A program made the translations under genes and the position numbers. 64,000 bases of DNA from Chrysomallon squamiferum. Taxonomy: Eukaryota; Animalia; Mollusca. Positions 52,086 to 64,000 of the stretch are shown here, piece after piece (the first letter of the stretch is position 1; every line of letters starts with the position of its first letter). The notes beneath the pieces are model-generated. The model worked only from the letters and a program-made list of their open reading frames with translations, was not told the DNA's origin and ran no database searches. The stretch spans positions 30,690,001 through 30,754,000 of the forward strand of contig CM022665.1 in assembly GCA_012295275.1 (NCBI GenBank). The letters run 5' to 3'.

Positions 52086-53564
52086 ATGATGCATTTAGTA
52101 TTTTCACAAACTTTACAGAATTAAAAATGGACTTGTAATGATATATAAAAACATTTATGAAAGATAATTACAAAAATAGAAGTAAATTTGTAGGTTTGTT
52201 TTCTAAATTAAAAATATAAACTGTGATATAAACTTGTATTTTACTGGTTCCTTTTATATGCATTACTGCATATTATAAAAGATTATAATTTAAATTCATT
52301 TTTAAAAATTTTGTAAATTATTCTGATGCCTGTTTCTGGTCATCTGTATTTGTTGCTATTTCAGTATCTTGATAGGTTTAAAACTATTCTCAGATATGGA
52401 AATCTGGTTATACAAGGTCAGGTATTTTAAAATTATCCTGGTATGTACAAAACACATGAAAGAGGGAGAGAAAAAAAGAGATGTCTCTTTCAGTAGCTGA
52501 CAGGATTGAGTTGATGGCCATTCACCAGTTGAATATTTTAGCACACCATTATACACACACCCATACAGGTTTGATTGGTGAGGTCATGGACCTTCCAGCA
52601 AAGTCAGATTAGCTGACCTGCCATCTACTGTTTCCCTGAACCATGCTTGACCGATTCCCAAAAGCCACTGGACAATTTATAGCCCTTCTGCTCTCTAAGA
52701 AAAGCTCAATGCTGTTGGCAGATCCCATGTTCCTCCCATGTTGTTTTGTATAACTATTATGTGCTCTATGGTTTGACAGTGATATCTGATGATAACAGTA
52801 ATTGACTCTTCTTCAAGTGGTTTCTATTACTTCCTTACAAAACATTATAAAGTACAGTGTGTTTAATTTGTCTTTAAAACTGTCTTGCAAACTTCTTCAC
52901 AGGAATAATATTACAAAGAGCATTGTCTATGAAATAAATATTAAATTTCCTGTTTTATTTTATGTCAGAAGATTGTATTATCGTTGAAAAGTTTCTATAA
53001 TATTTATGATGGTTTTCCAGGTTTGGAGGCCAACTTTTTAACAGGAAATAAAGCAAACAAAAATGGCCCCTCTTATATATAAAGTACTTATCAGACTGAT
53101 TGACTGCATTATTTCAGAATGTTACATACTGGGTAGACTTAAAATTCTGTTTCATTACTAGAAAACATCAGACTTCAATTAGTTATTAGCCATGTCAGAT
53201 TATAAATTCATTATTGGCATTAAATATTCATTTCAGAAGTTCCTATAAAATAATACCCTGACAATATTAAATATAGACAGTGATCAGGCTACCTAAGATT
53301 TCACTGTATCAAATATGCCAACAAGGCATCTGGTTACACAGCTTTGATATACCAAAAATAAAACATTGTAAAGAAAGGGTTTAAGGTATGTACTGTTATC
53401 ACTTCAATAAAGAAATGTTTTTTTCTGAATACACCCTTCATTATTCAAATGGCTGTTGGAGTAGATGTTGCATCTCGAAGTCGTAGCAAATTAGCTATGT
53501 AACATGTAGTGAAACTAGGTTAGGTGGTTTTGGGTAAACATTTCCTGTGTGCTTACTACCTGTC

Positions 53565-55566
53565 TCATAATCTGTTGCTTAAACACAGTAACACAATGAG
53601 CAGGCTGCCAGAGCTGAGGCCAAACAGCCACTTTGTGTATATTATAGGATCATGAGGGATTGTTGGAGATGTACACCTACAGTTTGTATAGGTATCATTG
53701 AAAGACAGATGTAGCTGAATATCAGCCACTATTTGTTCAGGTATCACTGACTGGATGATGCACCTGAACTTTTTTTATATTTTTTTTTTATCATATGTTG
53801 GTGAAACAAGTATGATCCCTAGAGCTAGCCACAATATGTATTTAACTGGATACAGACAGGCCATAATTTGTGCAAATATCGATAAAACTGACATAATAAA
53901 CTAAACAATAACTTTAATAATCAGTTTTCTATATGCCTAATACTTCTATCTGTTTTTTGTTTTTTCTGAAAATCATTACAATAACAGATCTATTATAAGA
54001 ATTAAAAGAGTACCATTATCACACTGGCTCTAATATTTTCTGTGATGCAAGTCTTCTGGAAAAATATATTTCCTTTTTAGTTCCATAGTCTTTGGATTCA
54101 TTATTATTTGAAAAAAATAATTATGATTTTTATGTATTTATTTATTTGTTTGTTTGTTTATTTGTTTATTTGTTTGAAATATTGAGAGGTTTAAGATAAA
54201 AACTGAAAGGTATTAATAATAACCATAATTGTATAAAATATTAACATTTTTGATGGTCAGTGTTAGTTCTGCAACATGTCTGACAGGCTATAGGTCAGTT
54301 TCACACTCAACTTCTACTTCTGTTATTGTTGTCTTGTTTGTCAGGTTTGCTTTAAGACAATGCAATTGACATGCTCACTTGAAACATGACTTGGTACTCT
54401 TTTTAAAATGCCTAGTGTGGATCTTGATCTCTTCAGTATCTTGAAAGACATTTTATCATTTTACATCCAGGAAATTCATTAATGTAAAATTTTCACATAG
54501 AAATGGTATATAGTTTTAAGTGTTTGTTATATAATTTTAACAACTTTTAACAGTATTCTTGGTGGTGGTCTAATCTTTTCTTTCAAACCCTTTTATTGAA
54601 TTGCTTGTCATCTTTATTGTACTACATCTGTGAGGTAAGGAAATAAACATGATTTGTTTTAAAGGAATGATTTCAGTAAGAGAATTAATATGTAACAAAA
54701 ATATAATTTATTTTTATTTATTTTGTGAGTGTACCTTGATTGCCAATTTTATATGTAAACTTTTTGTATTGAAAACCTAAAATCTAAAGCTGAAAGTCTA
54801 AATGTCATTAATTCAATGATGCCAGGACATTTGCTCACACCAAAAGTAAAAGGATTTATTGCTGCCTACTGCCAGACAAGTGGAAATTATATCAAATAAG
54901 GGTGTTTATTTAAACAAAAGCATACATGTAAATATAGTGACAACAACAATTACAACATTCATTTATAATCACACAGAATTTTGTCCTGAAAAATTTAACA
55001 GCAGAGTTTAGAGGCACCTGTGATGCTGGTGCACCCATTTCTGGGGTTGAATGATGTCACCTCCTCATTGAAAATGGATAATCATAGTCAAAGCTGATTG
55101 TGATCCATAAATGACCTAGGATGCTCAGAGATAATGCTGAATATCAGGGCACCTTTATATCCATTGGAATATTGCTTATGGCAGACACAGTAAATGCAAT
55201 CTTTACCTCTACTAGACTTAGTAATTTCCATATTGCTTTAGAATTTGGGAATGATTTTTAGTCCTGATCTGAATTGAATTCATATCAGGGAGAACTTTAA
55301 AACAGACAGTCAGAACAACACAGTCTTTGAGTTACTTGGATAACATACATATCAAAGGATTTTATAAGCTTTTGAGACTTCTGTTTTCCCATCCGTTGAA
55401 ATAACTCAATATTTCAATTACTAGATCAACTCAAGCACAAATTGAAGAATCTTGTGATCTTGGAGAATTATGTGTTCTTATAAAAGAAACTGGTATATGA
55501 AAATAATTTCAATTATGTCAATTAACAATCATGTTAATCTCATACATTTCTACAAATATCCAGGGG

Positions 55567-55613
<47 letters not shown>

Positions 55614-58600
55614 TTTTTGTCTTTTCTTTTTTTTTCTCCAACTTTTGAAGTTGGCAACTACCCAGTAGGCAAATTTCTAATGAGCAAATGTCCTGCGATC
55701 AACCAGATAAACTGAGAATTTAAAGTAAAACACATTTCATACTATACAATGGATTGCTGAACAGTTCTGTATCAGTTGTGAAGGAAACAAATGAATAATG
55801 ACAAAAAACAGATTAATTTGTTGTGTATCAGCATTAAAAGATTGCTTTAAAATTTCTTCCATATGCATCTGACATTCAGGCCATTGTCTGGAGAAGAAAA
55901 AAAGAATGCTTACAGTATATCAGTGTAGATGAATTTTTTTCAGATGAATCATTCAAGAATAGTTAGCAGCTGAAAATCTAAGTTCAAAAGAGAGGAAGCA
56001 AAAATCCAGATGGATCAGTGAATGCAAATAAAGAAATGAAAGTCTGACAACATCTTAGAATAAAATTACATATGTTAAAATGGTGAATAACTTACTGAAT
56101 GTTTTTTTAAATGAGTAAATTTCTGAATTTAGCTACTGCTGCAGACTCACCATATCACACATTTTGTAGGATTCTGTCTTTAATCCAAGTAGCTGTTTTC
56201 ATAAATTTAAAAGAAAAAAAAATCAACAATGAAGAAAATACATTAATTTTTATATTGGAATTTAACCACATAATAAGAAAATAAATGAATGAATGAATGA
56301 ATAAAAGAAAACCCACAGAAAAAAATCTCCAAACAAAACAACAAAATAAAAACCATGTCATTTTTTCTTTCTTTTCATTATTATAAATGCCAAGAATCAG
56401 GTGAGATGAAATATTTAAATATTTTTTGTAGGATGGTATCTATTATCAACATTAGCTGTATTTTTAAATAAGGAGTGTGTATATTGTTAACTATTAGGTG
56501 TGTGTATTGTTGACTATTAGATGTGTATATTGTTAACTATTAGGTGTGTGTATTTTTACTTACAAGTGTGTGTATGCATTACAAAGTTGAAGAAACATGG
56601 TGCAAAAAACTGCAAGGTGTGTCTTTTATTTCATCTCTGACATTCATATCAATAATGTCAGTTCTCCACAGCATACACATTTAAAATCCATTTATTTAAA
56701 AAAATGCAGATTTCAAACTGCTCAAATATGGGTAATTTAACAAGCATTGTAACTATTAAAATATTATGTAAGGAGTCTTTCTTTCTTTTTTCCATTATAT
56801 ATATATTTCTGCAGTCCTTAAACTGTTTTGAAGAAAAAAGAAAAAGAAAACATTTATATATAAAATTTATAATTACCAATTTACTAGTTTCATAATTGCA
56901 ATAGTTACAATAACAATTGATATTTCCATAAATATTAACGTGTTTGAAGTTTTACTGGTGATACTGTTGTTAATGACTGTGAGTTGTCATTTCACTTTAG
57001 AACAAAATTTACACTAATTTATAATAAGTTGAATGGCTATATCAAAATAACTTTTATGATGTCAGTCTTACATAAAAAATCTTTGCACAGTCTTTGTGTA
57101 TCTGATTATTTCTGATTCTTTAATAATTACATATTTATTCATTATATGTGCTTATTAATTATACATGGTTTGATTATATATTGTACCAGCAGACCATTTC
57201 CTAACATTTTAAGTTGTTTATTATCTCAAGTTTCTGTTGTTTATTATTTCAAGTTTTGATTGTCTTTGGTGACAGTTACATCTCCAAGCTGACTGACCTG
57301 ACAGCTTTCTTCTTCCTCATGTTGTAGTGTTAATACATTTTCCCGTTTTATGTTACATTCTGGTCACTGTTTCGTCCAGCATTCTAGTCAGGTTTTTCAT
57401 CTTTGTGTCAACCTGTCAAGTGTCCATATTAACACTGACTTTTGACCTAATTCAAGCTGAATCCACAAATAGGTTTTTGACTTTGGTTTGTCTTGATAAC
57501 GTGACAGTCATAAGATTCCATATTGTCTTAAATGTAATTGACACGTGTATTAGAAACTGTGCAACTGATCAGTTTGAAAAGCAAAGATGTAGAAATGAAA
57601 ATTCTTTAAAGAGTATTTTAAGTATTCCTTTAATTCAATTGTTTGATTCTCATTGGCACTGTCACATGACATGCAGATTTCAGAAGGAACTTACCTGTTT
57701 ATTGACTACAAATTTGTTGTTCATCCCAGTGATGCTTCTTCCATTTTGGAAGTTGTATTATCATACCTTAATGAAAGACCTTCCATATTCCAGAAAACAT
57801 TTATCCACATCTGCCATTTTATCAAAAGCAAAATTCTTTATTTAAAAATAATATGTTGAGTCATTGATTTTATTTTTGAATTTACTGTCTGCACAGTTTA
57901 ATCAATTTAATGAATTATGAAATAATTCAAATATGTCTGTAAATTTGAATTTAAAAAAGAAGTTTTAATGGAATATAATAATTAAGAAAAATGATATCAA
58001 ACTGCTCTCTCTTATTTATTTTGTTTGTTTCTGAGAATTAAAATCAGTGTTAATGGATTTACCTAACATGGAGCTACCTGTTGAAGATGTCTGTGTAACG
58101 TATATAGCTGGGGTCTAGTTACTTACTCAATGTCACATGCATATCAAATTAAAATTTTACACCTCTATACAGATGCCTTATACCTAGAAATAGGTATTAA
58201 AATTTTAAAACATTTGGTGTCAGTTCTAATTCCAGGCCTAGCTACAAGTATAAAAATAAAGGAGGACATAAACAGCATTTTTATAGTTGTCATATGGATA
58301 AAACTGAGAAATGAAATATAGAATATCATTTAAGCACTGCTGGGTATCAGAAGTTAGACACATATTTCATTTGAAAAGTAACAAAGGACCTTTTATTTTT
58401 TCCTGTAATAGGTAAGCATAGATGATGACATTTTGTTTTGGGATCATGCCCTCTTGATATTTATATATACCAGACTAGCATTTGTACATGTATTTTGTTA
58501 GTGCTAACATTTGCACAGTTTTCATTCCACAATTGTTTATTATTTGTTAATTATTTGCTTCTGATTCATTCATTCACTGGTTTTATTTAAAGATATCATG

Positions 58601-61600
58601 ATGGCACACTGATTAATTCTTTATTATTGGCTACTTCGTGTTAATTCTGATATTCATTTGATGATTCAAGCATAATTAGTTCATGAAAAATATACAAATT
58701 CACATGTCCAGAAATTAATATTAAATACTTTAAACATTTTCATTATCTTTTGTAATCTGCAATTGTGGAAATTTTTGTTCAGCTTGTTGACTTTTTATTG
58801 ATTGTAAATATCAAAGTTGGTACACTCATTTTTTGGTGGTACTTATTGAATGCTTATATCTATAATGCACCTACATATTCTTGAGAATAAGTTAATGATA
58901 AAGTTCTACAGAGAGCTAACATTTGATGTATAAAGCCACCATGACCATTCTTCTGTACAAGTCATCTTCTGTCAAATCAACCATACACTGTCTTATGTAG
59001 ACAACTTATCATTCAAGACATCATCTTAAGCAGTTAACTCCTCCTGTGAGACATTGTCATATGCAGGTGACCTTGACTTGTGCAGATGACTGGTCCTTCA
59101 AGACACTATCCTGTTCAGGTAACATTCACTTATGCACATAACCTGTCCTCTAAGACAGTGGGCTTGTTCCCTTAGTGCATTAAAACTTTTTTTAATCCCA
59201 CTTTCCAGCACACAGGATGAATATCATTATACATATTATCAACAGATGACAAATGTGAGAGAGAGGCATACAGTAGTGAGTGATGAGTCACCTCTGTTCA
59301 TTGTGACCTGCATTGATAAACCAAAGCAATGGTAGCTAGACAGCCATGGTGCAGCATAATAATACAGGTATCAGCAACATACCTCAATCCAGAGCTGTTT
59401 TATTTTTATCAGCAAATGTGTTTAGTTATAGCAAGAACTTTTGTATACCTGTACTTGAAATCATTTTCAGTTTATCTGGTGTTAAAACAAAATATTTACT
59501 TGCACCTATAAGTTTGTTTATGGTTTTTTATATACTTTTGTCTTATTTTTAAAGACATATTAAAAGTATAGATTAATATATAATTTATTAATGTATTTTT
59601 TGTGAAATGTTTTGCTCAATATAAAGAATTATGTTTTTCCTGTTGCTATAGATCACATTAACATTGACATTATCATAATGTCATTCTCACTGAAATTACA
59701 TACACTATTGAAATGATAATTAGCAGTTGTTTTTAAACAGGAGGTATATAACTTAAGGTATGCATATGAACCCACAATCCATGTATGAATTTATCTTGTA
59801 CCTTCGATTATACATATTGTATATGCAACATACATTGTTTCTTGTTATCACTAAAAGTGATACACATATAGCTAAATGCAATTTCTATACTTGAGAGATA
59901 CACTGTTTTTAGCCCCTTGTGTATTTCCATGAGCCATTTATTAAGTATTACCTGGTGACAAATAAAACAAATAAAGTGTGATTTGACATTTTTCATCACA
60001 TCATCAAAGATGTTCTTTAAGATCCAAAATGGTATTACTATATTTTTTTTGCAAGGTTTTATAAAGACCTGTCTCCCTTTCTTTCTTATCTGTTATAGAT
60101 ACCATTTGCTGTTTCCTGTCACCATGCATGCTTCAAATTCTTGTTGACACTGTAGATGGGTTAGGTTTACATCTTTTTTCTGTCTGTATTGTTAATTTGT
60201 AGCTACTTTTTCATGGTCATGATTTTCGTGTACTTTTGACAACACTTAACCTAAGCAACAAAAGCATAAATGTAGAGTTGTGTATCTGACTGGTTTTACT
60301 CGTGTATATTCAAATATTATTTTTTTGTTTGTGTTGTTTTTTTGTGTATATTTTTTACTTCTTCTTTAAATTGTACTGTATATTATATCCTACATAAAAA
60401 TAACCCTTAACATCTGCTTTTTATTTTATTTTTTTTTCTGCTTTAAACATTTTTAAATTAATTATTTAGCTGAAACACATCAAGTGTTGCTTAAAAGTTT
60501 ACTTGTTGTTTTTATTCTGCTGATTTTGCCTTTACGGCTTGACAAATAAACACAAAACACATATAATTTTTTTTTTTTTTTTTATATAAACATAATGATG
60601 ATTTGTTAAAACTAAAAATATATATACAAAAAGCTAAAGTTAGTTTAATGTAATTATTTGTTTCATTTTTTTTTTTAAAAAGACATTAGATCATATTGAT
60701 TTATTTTGTTTTATTGGTGTTGGATGTGAAACATACAAATTCAAACTTTGTAGTTATAGTGTAAGAAAAATGCAAGTACTCATCTTTTATATAACCTCAC
60801 ATTTGTTAGTCTAAAAATATAACTGGCTGAGTTTAATAAAGCACAAAAAAGGGAAAAAAGATTTTATTGACATCATTAAATCAGAAGTGGACAAACATGT
60901 CTATTTATTATCTTACCTGTACATATATGTATTGACAGTATTCAGTCAGCTGTGCATTTGGAATGGAAGATTAAGAGAAACTGTCAATAATCTCTATTAT
61001 TTGATTATATGGATTTCACAATACATCATCTACTATTCATATTTGTGAATGGGTTGTATTAGTTGTCTGCATTCTGTGTCATCGATTTCTCTTTTCTTCA
61101 CAGACCTAAAACATTTCATCTCACACATAGAGGTTGACATGGGTCCAAAAAGACAACAGGCTTGTTTGATTATTCACTTAAAGGATTGTTGGAGAGTAAA
61201 CATTTCAATTACAGACAACAAAAGAGCAGCACTTCCATTCAGTGTTGAAACATTTCAATCTTCCCTAGTTTAGTGTTAAGTTTCCATACTTTAGACTTGA
61301 AGTGAAACTTTCCTTCATTAAAAATAAATAATGTAAATAACACTTACTATTCACTTGAAAATTTGTTGGTTTTGGTTTTTTTGGTTGTTTTTTTTTAAAT
61401 ATTTGTTAGTGAAATTTTTACTCATCTGAATTCCCAAGTATAATATCTCAGACGAGACATTATAATTCAGAGCAGACTGAATGCCTTTTTTTCCATTCTT
61501 TCATTTTTCTTTAAAATAATTATTGTATTGATATTATTATTATTATTATCTTTACTATAAGCTGAACATAAAATTAATTAACACTGAAATGAATAAAGTT

Positions 61601-62355
61601 ATGAATCTTTGATCTGGAAACATTTAAATTTTCTAAATAAAATATATTCTTATCAATTTTCTCAGAGTGAAAGTCTGTTACACAAGGGTGGATTTAACAT
61701 TTCAGGAAAAGAAGGTTGTCTTCATTTTTATTTATTTATTTATTTATTTTTTTAATTCATCTTGTTAAAAAAATAAGGGAAATTTAATAAAAGTAAAAAT
61801 AACAAGTATGCATATTTGATGCACATAATTTGAATCCAAAATTTTTAAATGATTTTATTTTTGTTTTATTTAACTGTAACACTAATAGATTATATATATC
61901 ATCAGATAAATATATCTGTGTTGTAGATTTTATAACCATGAAAACATTTTTGAATGAAATTCTATCAAACATTAATGTATATTTTACATATACATACACA
62001 CCTTATCAGCATGTTTCATCTTGCAGATATTATCCCTGCTACTAAAATAATCTCTGGGGAAAAAAAAATATATATATATATAGAAAAAAAGCTAGCATAA
62101 TAGACTGAATTTCTGTACAATAAATATTAATTAAGTAAAATAGATTAATATGTTAAAATCAGCTCCTTATTAGCAGAAACATTAAAATGTCAATCAGTTG
62201 TGCTGTAATGATTTATTGAACTGCTTACACAATGTTGTTCCAGCTGAAACTGAATGTGTAATACAGGGTAACAGATGTTATAACAGAGTTTTGTCTGAAC
62301 AGTTAAAGACTTACACCAGCAATTTCCATGACACTGGATCTACAGAAATAGACAT
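53565..62355 (-). pseudogene. Highly decayed, intron-retaining TIF1-family (TRIM24/28/33, bonus-like) gene: RING-B-box1-B-box2-coiled coil-PHD-bromodomain
   Basis: Minus-strand remnants occur in canonical order. RING: LLPC/LH at 62256-62274 (1-nt shift) and LKC*IHPCVTDFHSEKIDKNIFY at ~61630-61722. B-box1: VVFLDPCQPLCVR* ~61120-61160. B-box2: YCEIH...CTAD*ILSIHIC.R ending at a phase-2 CAG|GTAAG (60917). Coiled coil: QIRKKGRQVF at 60063-60092 within an AG..GT exon 59952-60250. PHD-like: TCLAVG...CEQ/CPG ~54815-54885. Bromodomain-like: IPEQIVADIQL ~53715-53747. Many stops and frameshifts. Confidence 0.65.
56475..56560. repeat. 23-bp minisatellite, ~3.5 copies
   Basis: GTGTGTATATTGTTAACTATTAG repeated with substitutions. 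Confidence 0.88.
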
Positions 62356-64000
62356 TGTTCTTTTTCTTTTTGTAATCTGCTGATGACTGGAATTAAAGAA
62401 AACAAATCCAAATATATAGACACAACTTGTATAAACATTGCATACACATACATGCAGACTACACTTATGCATGCACAAGCACAAATATTATATAAACATG
62501 CATCTGCATGTACACCTATACAGATAAAAAGCATAATTTCAATGATAGACACACATATTTGCACATGTGATTAATACATAGCCATATTCAAACCTTGTCC
62601 TTGATTTACACATGAGTGCTCTTGTTTGAAATAAATATTATACTTATTTTCAAAACATATAAAAAAATCTATAAATAAAGTTTCCTGTGATTCTCTCTTT
62701 TTATGTGACCTAATCACTTGTAAATTAATTTTTACAAAACATGGGAAAACAAGGCTTTCAGAAAGTGGATGTGTCATTGTTGTGTGTCTTACTCTGTATG
62801 CGTGCGTGTGTGTGATATAATGTAACTATTTATTCACTATTACATACTTACAGAATAAAGTAATTTTGTTTAATAACAAGTAATGTCTTACCTGAAGGCA
62901 TAATGGATGGTCATTGAACTTTCAAAATTTTACAAATATTTTAGTTATCACTGTAGTATGTAAAGCCAGATACTGTTGATTTGGTTGTAGGAGAAACTAT
63001 AGAATTTTGTATAGCTGTCGTGGTAAAATATTATTTTTGATCTAGTGCAAACAGTTATTGTCACTTTAATACATTTTGGCTAAAGGAGGTATCTGTCATC
63101 TTGATTTATATATACATATGTTAAACTCTTTTCTAGATTAAGAACTGATAACTTCAGATCACAGGAAAGCTCTCTGATGCAAACATTCACAAACCCACTA
63201 AAAGTAAATGCATGTATAAAGTAGAAATCTTATTTTTAGGTCAAGATACCTCACACTGACAGCCAAGTGCAATTTTATTGTCATCCATTTGGGGGTTTGC
63301 ACTTGATGAATGACCAGCTTTTATGTGTCAGGCCAAGAGAAAAGAGTACATTCTTATGAGATAGCTGGCGACCCAGAAGAATTTGACTTGCCTCTGTTTT
63401 TATTTATGGTCTGGTAGTAGCAACAAGTGTGTTCTCCTTACACACTCATCCTTGGTGTCACACTTGCAGTTACCATCTTTCACTGTAAAATCATATTTTT
63501 CTGCAGACCTTTTTAGCTAGTTTGTTTATTTGTATGTTCTGTCCTTTGTTGTTTTGTTTTTTTAGGGGGGTTAAGAGAGATTATTTGGCTGCAGAATTGG
63601 ATTTAGTCAAGACAGTGCCATTACTGAGGGAACTTTCATGATAAAATTATAAATAGCAAAGAGAAAAAACAAATAAATAAATAAATAATGGAGGCATCTG
63701 CCTATATCAACATAATAATGTAAGATGCTTTAACTACTTGTATTTTTCTTTTTGAAGTAAGACAGCCTTCATATATACATTTTATGAAGGTCATAATAAC
63801 CCACACAAAAAAACCACACAAAAAACAAGCGGTAAATAAAAATCTAAATTAAGTATCATAGTATGTATTTTGTACAATGACACCTTTACATAAACCTCTT
63901 CTGAAACAGTAATAAGAATTTAAAAAACAAAACAAAAATTACCAAAAAATAATCCAGTTCAAGTATTTTAGTATATATACTGTACAATGTATATATGTTT

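Noticed and set aside
52480-52760. Possible Tc1/mariner transposase remnant on the minus strand (RS.DLT / PI.PVW-like fragments)
   Set aside because: Similarity too weak and frameshifted to support by eye; needs a Dfam/tBLASTn search.
57327-57845. 172-aa plus-strand ORF
   Set aside because: GTG start and no recognisable motif; likely the antisense shadow of decayed minus-strand exons.
58960-59190. Possible old Tc1/pogo-like MITE
   Set aside because: No convincing terminal inverted repeats or TSD found.
63240-63510. GC-richer exon-like segment
   Set aside because: Stops in the frames examined on both strands and no recognisable homology.

Overview
AT-rich eukaryotic (invertebrate-like, plausibly molluscan; inference) genomic DNA with spliced genes, microsatellites and mosaic CpG depletion. 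Left to right: (1) a decayed, intron-retaining galactose mutarotase (GALM) pseudogene (~1-4075, +); (2) an intact 8-exon GALM/aldose 1-epimerase gene (6570-12239, +, 344 aa) with several non-canonical active-site-neighbouring residues; (3) a ~23.5 kb macrosatellite (~12.7-36.3 kb) made of ~12 units of 1.46-1.77 kb, with internal sub-repeats, degenerate flanks and a terminal inversion; (4) a CpG-retaining block holding a small hAT-type element and two intronless orphan ORFs (497 aa and 357 aa, +); (5) a 60-bp minisatellite; (6) an orphan CpG-rich promoter-like island at ~50 kb; (7) a heavily decayed minus-strand TIF1/TRIM33/bonus-like gene (RING, B-boxes, coiled coil, PHD, bromodomain in correct order, ~53.6-62.4 kb) that the ORF track does not reveal. 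Nearly all short ORFs in the track are spurious. All protein-family comparisons come from recalled motifs; no database searches were run.
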